Positions 24,791-36,598 of a DNA stretch of 64,000 nt are shown here, in pieces. Positions within the stretch are counted from its first letter, which is position 1; the number at the start of each line of letters is the position of its first letter. The position numbers and the translations under genes were made by a program. The notes beneath the pieces are model-generated. The model saw only the letters and a program-made list of their open reading frames with translations. It had not been told where the DNA came from and did not search any database. The DNA comes from the human T2T-CHM13v2.0 reference genome, Homo sapiens, in assembly GCF_009914755.1 (NCBI RefSeq), contig NC_060926.1. One strand, 5' to 3'.

Positions 24791-26403
24791 ATCACTCATG
24801 CTGGTGTCACAGCCCCTTTCTAGAGCAGAACAGCAAAATCTCCAGCTAAGGCCTTTTGTAGTGCCTTCCTACAGACTGAGCAGCATATGAGATGCTAGGG
24901 GAAAAAAAAGGGGGGTGGGCGGGGAAACCAAAAACCAATCCCCAGAAAAGGAAAAGCTACCAATAAGTAGACATGAATTCAATGAAACCCCAAAGAGTCC
25001 TTCACGGGGTGCTGAGAAGCTGGAACAATTGTACAGGAAACACCATTTACCTAGGACCAGACTGTCTACAGATAAATGTGAAATATGAAGAAAGTAAAGG
25101 CAGCCCCTCTGAAATTAGCATAAATAAGTAGAAACTCTTTTGTTTAGAATGGGAAAAGGACACCCATGGAAACCCATAGGAATCTAGAAGAAAATCAGAT
25201 CTGTCTGAGGATGAATTGTAATTCTCCAGTCTCAGTGGCAGGCTCACCTCACTATGGAGATAGGAGATAAGTGCACCAGTGCCTGAAGTTAGTAAGCATT
25301 CAAACCAAATCACCTGCTCTCTGGCTCTGATTCCACACTCACTAGGCAGCCGAAGAGGTCTGCCAGGTACACTTCCCCAAACAGAATAGGGAAACCAGAG
25401 GATTCAGCTCTCCAAACCCTCTGACAGATGGATTTCTCCTTATAAAGAAGAGTGACAACAGCAAGATACCAGAATAAGAGGTCCTGGCCCTTGTCTCCTC
25501 ACAGACACATGGATTTAACAAGCATCCACGGGTAAAAATATTTTTAGGAGAGTTCCAGAATCCAGTTGAAAGGTCCCAGCACCCTGGTGAAGCACAAAAT
25601 ACAAGAACAGTCCCAATGGAAAGGGTAAGAAGAGTAGTTTCACTTCACCCACAACACCCCTTCCCCAAGCTGGCACAGCTAAGCACTGAAAGATGCTCTT
25701 GGCCTACAATTTTTCCCATGAGGGAAAGAGAGAGCAAAGTGAGCATCCAGCTTCCCCAGCCTTTCAGGACGCATCCCAGGAGGCCCATTTCTCCTCTCTA
25801 GCACCTCGCCCAGAACATTGAGGAAATTGGCATGGCTCGATTGCCTGGGGTCAACTAAGAATAAAGAAAAGGGGCTGGTGCTCACAGCAACTGGCATGCA
25901 TATGCCAACAACCAGCCCAAAGACCCCACAAGCTGGCCTGCCAGCTGTCCCAGCTGTGGACCCCTCCACACACCAGCCAGCCTATCTGTAGACCACACCA
26001 GCCAACTGGCCTACCCACAGACCCCAGAAGTCAGCCCACATGCACCTCTGCAGTCACTACCTCACAAGCCCCTACAGATGACACCCCATACTCCCCTGCA
26101 GGCAAAACACAGATCTCAGCACCTGGAGTGGATCTCAGCAGCCAGCTCAACTCTGCAGGATTGGAAGAGCATCAAGGGCAGACTAGACTAAGTAAAAGAA
26201 AGAATCAGCAAACTCAAAGACAGGTCATTTTAAGTTAACAATCAGAGGAGAAAACAAACAGAAGAATTCAAAAGAGTGAAGAAAGCCAGCCTGTGGGACT
26301 TACTGGACACCCTCAAGCAGGAAATTCTCGCATACATATTTATAAAGCCTAAAGGGTGCCAAATATGTTGACCCTAAAGAGGTCTGTACTGAGACACATT
26401 ATA

Positions 26404-26708
26404 CAGATGCTCCTCAACTTATGATGGGCTTATGTCCCAGGAACCCCGTGGTAAGTTGAAAATATGATAAGTCAAAACTGCAGGGTATTGGCTGTTTGCT
26501 CTCATGACTGAGTGCCTAGCTGGGAGCTGCAGCTTGTTGCCACTGCCCAGCATCAGGAGTGTGTATCCCACCACATATCACTAGCCCAGGAAAAAATCAA
26601 ATTTCAAAATTTGAAGTATTGTTTCCACTAAATGCATAGCATATTGCTTTTGCACCATCTAAAGTTAAAACATTATAAGTAAAACCATTATAAGTCAGGG
26701 ACTATCTG
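26404..26708 (+). mobile_element. MER47/Tigger5-type TcMar non-autonomous DNA transposon
   Basis: TA at both flanks; imperfect TIRs cagatgctcctcaacttatgatgg / ccattataagtcagggactatctg. Confidence 0.85.
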
Positions 26709-27122
26709 TATGTAAATTGTCAAAAGTCAAAGATAAAGAGAATTTTGAAAACAGTAAGAGAAAACCGACTCTTCACATACAGGTCAACCTCTGTAAGACT
26801 GTCAGCAGACTTTCAGCAGAAACTGTGGGCTAGGAGAGAAAGTGGGATGACATTTTCAAAGTGCTGAAAGTAAAACAAAAACAAACAAACAAAAAAACTG
26901 TCCTTTAAAAATGAAGGCAAGATAAACGCTTTCTTTCCCAAACAAAACTGAGAGAGAGTTTGTCACCACTAGACCTGCCTTACAGTAAATCCTACAGACA
27001 GTTCTTCAAATTGAAATGAAAGGACACTAAATAGCAACACAAAAGCTTATGGAAGTATAAATCTCACTGGTAAAGGTAAATAAATACAGAATAATACAAT
27101 ACTGTAATTGTGGTGCTTAATC

Positions 27123-27435
27123 TTTGTTTGTTTGTTTGTTTGTTTGTTTGTTTCTGAGATGGAGTCTCACTCTGTCACTCAGGCTAGAGTGCAGTGGCAC
27201 AATCTCCGCTCACTCCAACCTCTCCCTCCGGGATTCAAGCAATTCTTCTGCCTCAGCCTCCCAAGTAGCTGGGACTACAGGGGTGTGCCACCTCACCCAG
27301 CTCATTTTTGTATTTTTAGTAGAGACAGGGTTTCATCATATTGGCCAGGCTGGTCTCTAACTCCTGACCTCATGATCTGCCTGCCTCGGCCTCCCAAAGT
27401 GCTGGGATTACAGGCATGAGCCACCATGCCTGGCC
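27123..27435 (-). mobile_element. AluS (Sg-like) with (GTTT)n tail
   Basis: TSD tgcttaatc at 27114-27122 and 27436-27444; gacctcatgatc diagnostic 2-bp deletion. Confidence 0.95.
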
Positions 27436-28193
27436 TGCTTAATCATTTTTAATCCAAGTCTAAAAGTTAACAGACAAAAGTCTAAAGAATAGCTATAACC
27501 ATAAACATTTATTAATGAATGCACAATATAAATTAAATTTTGACATCAATAGCATAAAGTGAAGGAGGGGAGCAGTAAAAGTGTACAGCGTTTGTATGTA
27601 ATTGAAGTTGTTATCAGCTTAAAACAGACTATTATAACTATAAAAAATGTTATGCAAACCTCATGATAACCACAAGAAAAAAACCTGTGGTAGATACCAT
27701 AAAGATAATATAATCATTGAGTATATCATGACCAAAAAAATCATCAAATCACCAAGATATACAAGAGAGGAAGAAAGAATCAAAAGTACTACAAAACAGA
27801 AAACAATTTTTAAAATGGTCATAGTAAGTACTTAGCTATAAATAATTACTTTAATATAAATGGATTAAATTCACTAACCAGAAGATATAGCCTGGATATA
27901 TATATAAAAAACAAGATCCAACTATATACTATCTATAGGAGATTCATTTTAGATTTAAGGACATACAGAAGCTGAAAGTGAAGGGATGGAAAAAAGATAT
28001 TCCATGTAAATGGTAAGCAAAAGAAAGCAGGGTAGCTATAATTATATCACAGAAAATGGACATTAAGTCAAAAACTGTCATAAGGGACAGAGAAGGTCAT
28101 TACATAATGATAAAAGGGTCAATTCAACAAGAAGATATAGCAATTATAAATGTATATGCACCCAACATCATAGCAGCTAAAGTTATAAAGTAA

Positions 28194-28450
<257 letters not shown>

Positions 28451-28744
28451 TAATTCAATACTATCAATAATAGATGGATCATTCAGACAGAAAATCAGTG
28501 AGGAAACAACAGACTTAAACAACACTACAGACCAACAAAAATAGAGCAAGACTTAAAATTAGACAAGTGGGATTGTGTCAAACTGAAAGGCTTCTGCACC
28601 ACAAAGGAAGCCATAACCAAGATGAAAAAGCAACCTAAAAAACGGGAGAAAATATTTGCAAACCATATATTTGATAATGGGGGTTAATATCTAAAATATA
28701 TAAGGAACGCCTACAGCTCAATAGCAAAATAAATAACCCAGTTT

Positions 28745-29658
28745 ATTATACTTTAAGTTTTAGGGTACATGTGCACAACGTGCAGGTTTTTTACATATGT
28801 ATACATGTGCCATGTTGCTGTGCTGCACCCAGTAACTCGTCATTTAACATCAGGTATATCTCCTAATGCTATCCCTCCCCACTACTCCCACCCCACAACA
28901 GGCCCCAGTGTGTGATGTTCCCCTTCCTGTGTCCAAGTGTTCTCATTGTTCAATTCCCACCTATGAGTGAGAACATGCAGTGTTTGGTTTTTTGACCTTG
29001 CGATAGTTTGCTGAGAATGATGGTTTCCAGCTTCATCCATGTCCCTACAAAGGACACGAACTCATCATTTTTTATGGCTGCATAGTGTTCCATGGCGTAT
29101 ATGTGCCACATTTTCTTAATCCAGTCTATCATTGTTGGACATTTGGGTTGGTTCCAAGTCTTTGCTATTGTGAATAGTGCCGCAATAAACATACGTGTGC
29201 ATGTGTCTTTATAGCAGCATGATTTATAATCCTTTGGGTATATACCCAGTAATGGGATTGCTGGGTCAAATGGTATTTCTAGTTCTAGATCCCTGAGGAA
29301 TTGCCACACTGACTTCCACAATGGTTGAACTAGTTTACAGTCCCACCAACAGTGTAAAAGTGTTCCTATTTCTCCACATCCTCTCCAGCACCTGTTGTTT
29401 CCTGACTTTTAATGATCACCATTCTAACTGGTGTGAGATGGTATCTCATTGTGGTTTTGATTTGCATTTCTCTGATGGCCAGTGATGATGAGCATTTTTT
29501 CATGTGTCTTTTGGCTGCATAAATGTCTTCTTTTGAGAAGTGTCTGTTCATATCCTTCGCCCATTTTTTGATAGGGTTGTTTGTTTTTTTCTTGTAAATT
29601 TGTTTGAGTTCATTGTAGATTCTGGATATTAGCCCTTTGTCAGATGAGTAGATTGCAA
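28745..29658 (-). mobile_element. 5'-truncated L1PA (about PA3-PA4): ORF2 C-terminus and 3'UTR
   Basis: ORFs 28950-29321 and 29366-29767 translate L1 ORF2p ([14 protein letters not shown]...; DPAIPLLGIYPKDYKSCCYKDTCTRMF...SLIGGN) with a frameshift; TSD aaataaccca[g/a]ttt at 28731-28744 and 29659-29672. Confidence 0.96.
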
Positions 29659-30604
29659 AAATAACCCAATTTAAAAATAGGCAAGTTATCTGAGTAGACA
29701 TTTCTCCAAAGACGATATACAAATGACCAACAGGTATATGAGAGTGCCCACCATCACCAATAATCAAGGAAATGCAAAGCTACAGTGAGATATCACCTCA
29801 CACCTGTTAAGATGGCAATTACCAAAAAAAAAAAAAAAGGTTGTATTGGCAAGGATATGGAAAAGAAAGAGCCCTTGTTACTGTAGGCAGGAAGGCAAAT
29901 TGGTGTAGCCTCTGTGGAAAACAGTATGGCGGTTCCTCAAAAAGTTAAAAATAGAAATACCACAGGATCCACTTATCCCACTTGTGGATATACATTCAAA
30001 GGATTTGAAATCAGGGTCTTGAAGAGATATGTGTACTCCCATGTTCACTATAGCATTATTCACGATGGCAGAGACATGGAAACAACCTCAGTGTCCACAG
30101 ATGGATGAGTGGATAAGGAAGAGTTGATAGACACACATATGCACAGCAGGGAATGTTATTCATCCTTACAAAGGAAGGAAATCCTATCATTTGGGACAAC
30201 ATGGATGAACCTGAAGGATATTATGCTAAGTGCAATAAGCCAGAAATGAAGCAGAGAGTGGGATGGTGGTTACCAGGGGCTGGAAGGAGAGGGAAATGGG
30301 GAGATGTTGGCCAAAGCATGCAAAGTTTCAGTTATGCAGAATGAATAAGTTCTAGAGAGCTGATGTACAGCATGGTGATTAGAGTTAATGTATTGTATAC
30401 GTGAGATTTGCTAAGATAGTAAGTAGACCCTAAGTTGTCTCCACATACACACACAAGTTAACTATATAAGGTGATGGATAAGTAAATTAGATTGTGGTAA
30501 CCCTTGCACAATGTATACATGTATCAAACATCATGTTGTGCACCTGAAATTTATACAATATTTGTCAATGATAACTCAGTAAGCGGAAAAAATCTATGAA
30601 TGAA

Positions 30605-31365
30605 ATAGTCCAACTCATAGAAGCAGAAAGTAGCATGGTGGTTGCCAGGGACCGGGGGACAGGGAAACAGGGAGGGGTTGGTCAAAGGGCACCAAGTTTC
30701 AGTTATGTGTGGCGGATAAGACCTAGAGGTCTACTGTACAGTCTAGTGCCTGTCATTATCAATATCGTTCAGTATCTCATATTGTTCAGTATTGCATTAT
30801 CAACATCGTTCAGTACTGTCTATTTAAATGTTCACTAAAAATATAGATCTATGTTAAGTGTTCTTGTCACAAAATTTATTTTTTTTTTTGAGATGGAGTC
30901 TTGCACTGTTGCCCAGGCTGGAGCGCAGTGGCACGATCTCGGCTCATTGCAAGCTCCGCCTCCTGGGTTCATGCCATTCTCCTGCCTCAACCTCCTGAGT
31001 AGCTGGGACTACAGGTGCCCACCACCACGCCTGGTTAATTTTTTATACTTTTAGTAGAGATGGGGTTTCACCGTGTTAGCCAGGATGGTCTCGATCTCCT
31101 GACCTCGTGATCCACGCACCTCGGCCTCCCAAAGTGCTGGGATTACAGGCGTGAGCCATACCTTGCCCAGCCTTGTCACAAAAAAATATTTAACATGATA
31201 CAATAAGCAAAGAAGGGAGGAGAACACTCTTGGAAACAGTGGAAATGTTTACAGTGTAGATTGTGGTTATGGTTTGACAGAGGTATGCTTAGCTCCAAAC
31301 TCATCAAGTTGTATACATTAAATATGGACAGCCTTCATATGTCAGTCAGGCCTCAATAAAATGGT
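30605..31365 (+). mobile_element. L1MB1/2-like 3' end
   Basis: aactcatagaagcagaaagtagcatggtggttgccagg...ctccaaactcatcaagttgtatacattaaatatg...cctcaataaaatggt. Confidence 0.8.
30875..31172 (-). mobile_element. AluY, full length
   Basis: diagnostics gcaagctccgcc, gccattctcc, ccgtgttagccaggatggtctcgatctcc; TSD ttgtcacaaaa. Confidence 0.96.
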
Positions 31366-32439
31366 AGAATACTAACAGTAATAATAAGCTGACATCTGCC
31401 ATATATATCAGTACTGTGCACAGGGTTAATGGGAGTCTGCTCCAGAGAGCGGGATTTGGGATTTTGCTGAACCTGCATAGCCAGTCCGGCCCGTGGACTA
31501 GAGAAGTTTGCCTGCTGGCCTCATGCAGCTGGCTGTGTGATGGTTCCCACCATTGTCATCCAAACCAAGTCTGTCTGAGCTGAGTTGTGTGCTGGGTGAC
31601 TTGCCTCCCAAACCTGTTGGAGGGGGCTGCTGGGTCTAGATCTGTGGGTTAGAAATTGCTGACACATCATCCTATGGTCCACCTGACACATCTCTGACCG
31701 CAGTGTGACAAGGCAGCCCGAATCTGAGGGCAGGTGAGTGCCCAGGCCAGGACCTAGGTCCTAACAGATATCAAGTGAACAGTGGTTCCTGTTCCTTCCC
31801 TCTGCCTGGTGGGGACACTCTCAGGGGAAGACTCAAGGCTGCCCCTCAAAGGCACCAGCATGCACCCTACAATTCTGCTTCATGGAGTCCTGAATGCTGG
31901 GCAGGAAATGGCATTGCCGGGGTGGGGCCATCTTCAGGGAGGGCCTCCACCCTCCAGGGGTGGGTCTTTGCATCTGTGACCAGCAAATCAGTGGCTAGGA
32001 GGACACCTGCGCTGGGGAATAGATAGAACCACAGTGGGAGGCAAGCCCTGGAAGGCGAGCTCAGTGCTGGCGCAGGAGAAGAAAGCATCACAGGACAAAG
32101 GCGGGGACAACCCATGGCTTGGCCCAGGTTAAAAACCATCCAGCTTCACGATCAGCTCACGGACAGCAAGCGAAGTGGCCATTCACTGGTGCACCAGGAA
32201 ATTCGGGGCCTGTCACTTGGTTCTCTCTGTTCTCAGAAGCAGGGGCACCTTTTTTCACATTTAAGACAGAAGAGACACAGAAAAATCAAAGCAAAGACAC
32301 AGAGCGCGGAAAATGCCAGGACAAAGACCAGCACGTGCTCAGCATGAAGCATGGGTGGGCCGGGCCTGAGGCGACAGGGAGACCTGGGCATGCATTTCCC
32401 TAGAATGAAGACTCTGCCTACACTAAGATATCTCCTATT

Positions 32440-32898
32440 ACAACTGTACAGTTCAAAAGGCAGAGGTACACAGCAAAACCAGTCATTGCACTACTGCTCA
32501 CAGTAGAGACAATTTGGAAGCAACCTAAAGGAGCATTGAAGACACCCAGTGAACAAAATGTGGGACCCATACATAGGATGAAATTACAGGCAATCATAAA
32601 TGATGTTACATCCGAAGGTTTGATAAGAAAACATGTTTCTAAGGTGTTGTTAAATGGAAAAGAAATGTTTTCAAAGCTGTTCATGAACTATGATCCTATT
32701 TGGACCAAAGGAAATAAAAGGTAGAAATGTGTGTCTACACACAGAGAAAAGAATGGCAGTTAATATTACAAAATATGAACAGCGTTTGCATCTGAGCACT
32801 GGCATAATGGGTTGTTCTATCTTCTCTTTTTTGTGTGTATTTTCCAAATTGTATGCTGAAAACATGTATCAGTTTTATGTTCTGGAACAAAATAAATG
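32440..32898 (+). mobile_element. L1ME-type 3' remnant
   Basis: aatttggaagcaacctaaa...tgttaaatggaaaag...tatgatcctatttgg...tttccaaatt...aacatgtatcagttttat. Confidence 0.7.
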
Positions 32899-34099
32899 TT
32901 TTTGTTTCATCCTTCAAATCCCATGGAGTGGAATCCTAGTTAGAGCTTTCAAATCTTTTGCATTAAATCACCCCCTGGGTGAACTGAGGCAGCCCAAGCA
33001 GGTACGATTTATCTCTACTTTATGGCTGGGGAAGGCGGGGAGCAAGCTGAGACCATGCCCTGCCCAGAACAGATGGGTGCTCCGTGGCTCTCCAGGGCTC
33101 GCTGTCCACTGGTGCAGCCAAGTGCAGATGGGCAGGAAGCAGAGGAGGGTGCAGAATCCACGGCGAGAAGAGCCCCTCTGGCCCGGCCTCCCGTGCGGTC
33201 TCATCTGTGTCCTCCTTAGACAGGGCTGAGGATCCACAGCTCAGGTGCCCATCTGGCTCCCTGCCCTGTTCTGGGGTTCAGCTTGTGTCTAGTCACGTGG
33301 CTGTTGCACCAGAGGTTGCCAGGTGCTGCAGCAGAGCTTCCAGGGGGCTCCTGTGGATGACGGCTCTTTCCAGCAGGCTCTGGACACATCCTCCTCTGTT
33401 CCTACTCCTGGCTCTCCTATCTCAGTCCAATAAGGCTTACATCCCTGGGGTTCATCCACGGGCCATGCTGGGTCTCTGGGCAGTGGCTCCAGGCGAGGAT
33501 GGGCCAGCCTGGTTAGAGAGCAAGGCCTGGGAATCTGATCCTGGCCAGAGCTGACTGGGGTCCAGGAACCCACCAGGAGAAGAATGTCTGGGATGAGAAA
33601 GGTGCCCGGCAGATGCACAAGAGGGCTCTGGCCCAGAACTCGGGACCCAGGCACTTCACCAATGGCCTTCCCCTCTGGCTAAGATTGGAAGCCCTCTGGG
33701 GGGATTGCAGAGAACCACCTCTCCACCCTGACCCAGGCCTAGAAGAGACAGCAAACTCCCAGGACTTTGGGGAACCAGCAGAGCCCAGGCTGTTAGCTGG
33801 GACCTGGACAGTCTTGGCATGCAGGACTGAGGACTGGTGCCCATCCGTCACCTTTTGCCCTGACAGAGTCCTCCAGCCCCCTGCCTGTCCTCTCCCTCCC
33901 ATGCTGCCCTCACCTGCTAACCACGATGGGCCTGGCTGACCACATCTCATTCCCAGAAGAAAAGTCTCCAGAGGGAGAGAGTTCAGACTCCTCAACCCCA
34001 CACTGAGGATGCTCCATGATCCCCAGCCAAGTTTTCCAAATTCATCCACTACACCCCAGCTATACGTTCATAGCAGCTTAAGCCTCTCCACAATCGGCC

Positions 34100-34258
34100 T
34101 ATGTCCATCTGTCTCTCCCACCTTGACTTCTGAAGGGCAGAGCCCAGGTCTTATTCATCTTCATATCCTGCCATGCCACCTTGGTCCCCTCCCCAGCACA
34201 TGACCTTCAATGTACCCAGGAGGCACTCATTGAAGACTTGTTCTATGGAAAGAATAAA
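34100..34258 (+). mobile_element. L2 3' end
   Basis: tgaagggcagagcccaggtcttattcatctt...cccagcaca...aggaggcactcattgaagacttgtt. Confidence 0.65.
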
Positions 34259-34638
34259 GTTGTGGCCAACTACAGATTCTACTCCTAACTCTGCAAAATT
34301 GCAGTGCTGTTTGCTACAAAGAAATTTGCAGGCTGGTGAAATGTTCTCGGAGGATCTTAGACCATCGAATTTTTCAAGGCTCTTTTTTAATCTCCTTCAA
34401 TTCTTGAAAAGACTCTGACCCTTTGACCATCTGCTGCGCACGGAGTCTGCTCTGAATCCACACAAAGGCTTCCCCATCCTGCCCAGTCTCCCAAGGCACA
34501 AAATAAAACCAGCTTCGGAAAATGTAAACCCAGAGCAAGGTGATCCGTCACTAAAATTTCCTGGGAGGAAGCTCACCTTCCGTGACCATAAATTGTTGGT
34601 GAGCCATCTCACCTATTGTGCGGTGCTCTCCAAACAGA

Positions 34639-34717
34639 CACCTGTTGCCATAGCAACCCTCACATCTGTCGCTACCTTAGAAGAGAACACCTTTTAAAAA
34701 GAAATCTACTTAGCAAC
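34639..34717. promoter_or_regulatory. RFX X-box with flanking E-boxes and a second RFX half-site
   Basis: GTTGCCATAGCAAC at 34644-34657; CACCTG 34639-34644; CATCTG 34663-34668; TAGCAAC 34711-34717. Confidence 0.6.
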
Positions 34718-35089
34718 ATGGCACATTAACTTCTGCACCTTCTTACGGACTCTCAGAAATCTAGGCCTGAGTACGCTAAGGTGAATGGTGCCTCTTTGAA
34801 CAATCTAGAAGACACTGCTTCAGCCAACAGTGGTCCCTTCCTCCACCTGCCCCCACCTGTCTCTGGGTATGAGTCAAGGGCTGGCACTGCACACAGGGCA
34901 GTTACACAAGCCGATTGTTATAAAAATAATGCTACGGTTCAGGGTGTTTTGCTCACAGAATTTCACTTAGTCCTAGGGACAGTCTGTGCAGCAAGCACTG
35001 TCCCTGCGTTGGTGATAAGGGGCCCAGCCCCAAAGCTCCAGCTTCCTCCAGCGCAGCCTTCTGCCTGTCATGAGGGTGCAGCCACACCT

Positions 35090-35270
35090 GGCTCAGGGCA
35101 GGCCCTCCACACGCTGTGGATCTGCTTGTGTTCCCAACAACCCAGAAAGAAAGATTTTTTTTTATTATCCCTGTTTTACAGAGGAGAAAGCAATCTTGGA
35201 GGAGTGACGTATCTCCCCGAGATGCCTCCAGAAGTCAGCGGAGGCACAGAGGCTCACACTCCCAGCTCAC
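35090..35270 (-). mobile_element. MIR fragment
   Basis: tattatccctgttttacagaggagaaagc. Confidence 0.6.
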
Positions 35271-35461
35271 ATTTCACCAGTGGCTTCCAGGCTGCCTCCC
35301 ATAAGCCTGAGAAGAGGCTTCCCCGTGTGGCTTAGGAATAAATTCCAATCTCGCAAGAACAGCCCTGTGGCCAGGCTGTCAACTCTTCTGGAATTCTCCA
35401 TGGAAACATTTCTGCGTATTGCAGGGGATGAAGACCAGGGAAGCAGGTAGCAGACGTACAC

Positions 35462-35598
35462 GTGCAGGAATCACCTGCTGGATTTGGTGAAAATGCAGAT
35501 TTGACTCATGGGTCTGGGCGGGGCCTGAGCAGCTGCATTCTAACCAGCTGCCGGGTGATGCCGATGCTCTGCTCCTCGGCCGCAATTTGACAAAAGGG
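35462..35598. mobile_element. MER5A hAT-Charlie MITE fragment
   Basis: gaatcacctg...aaaatgcagatt...ggtctgggcggggcctgag...ctgcattctaaccagctgccgggtgatgccgatgc. Confidence 0.8.
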
Positions 35599-36187
35599 AC
35601 ACGGCGCCTCTGTACAGAAGAACAGGTACATCAGGTACAAAGATGTGGTGTTGTCCCCAGGACAACCCAGGACTGTTGTGGACTGTGTGTTAAGACCTAG
35701 CATTGCTAAGGAAGCTCAGAGAGGGGAAAGGAGGCTGCTGGCCCCAACCTTCCGTGGACTGACTTCTGCACCTGCAGCCCTCCTGGCCTCTGGGCTCACT
35801 GTTAGTAGTGGATGTGTCTTCTCCATTTCTGATTGCCTAGTGCTTGGCCTGGTGCCTGGAATATGCTAGATGCCCAATAATATGGACTGAATCACAGCAA
35901 AAAGGGAGGGAGGGAGGAAGTAGGTGGATAGGTTTGATGGAAAAATGAGCACTCACATCAAGCAAGATGCTGAGGTGTGATCTATGTTGGTAACATTATA
36001 TAAGGCTTGCACTTGCCTATGATGGACACAAAATGGATACTCTATGCCAAATGATTGACAGAAAGAACAGGCCCACTCACGTGGCTTTATGCATTTCTGT
36101 AGCTCCACAGGGTCGAGACCCCTACCTTGCCTATGGCGGTCTTCTAGAACCAGAGAAACCTCTGGATATTTGAAAGACATAAGGGGC

Positions 36188-36598
36188 TGTGTTGGTAAAT
36201 TTTATGTGTCAACTTGGCTGAGTCACCATGCCCAGATATTTGGTCAAACATTATTCTCGATGTTTCTGTGAGGGTGCCTTTGACTGAGATTGATATTTAA
36301 ATCAGTGGACTTTGAGTAAAGCAGGTGACCTTCCATCGTGTGTGTGGGTCTCACCCAATCAGGTTAAGGCCTGAAGAGGCTAAAGAGTGACCTTCCCCGA
36401 GCAAGAAGGAATCCTGCCAGGCCTCTGGGCTTGAACCACAGCCCCAAACTTTCCCAATCTGCATCCTGCTGGCCAGCCTGCAGATTTTCTGGAATTTACA
36501 CAATTCCGTAATTTTGTAAGCCAAATCCTTAAAATAAATCTCTCTATATACACACACATGTTGTTGGTTCTGTTCTCTGGAGAACCCTGGCTAATACA
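36188..36598 (+). mobile_element. MLT2 (MLT2D-like) ERVL solo LTR, complete
   Basis: tgtgttggtaaattttatgtgtcaacttggct...tctggagaaccctggctaataca; gggc on both flanks. Confidence 0.9.

Noticed and set aside
28950-29767. Protein-like ORFs
   Set aside because: L1 ORF2p C-terminus of a truncated, frameshifted L1PA; not a host gene.
30754-30815. Triplicated atc/ttgttcagta motif
   Set aside because: Local slippage inside an L1MB 3'UTR with no sign of function.
31731-31739. Consensus plus-strand donor CAG|GTGAGT
   Set aside because: Isolated, no convincing upstream acceptor; about one such match per strand is expected in 64 kb.
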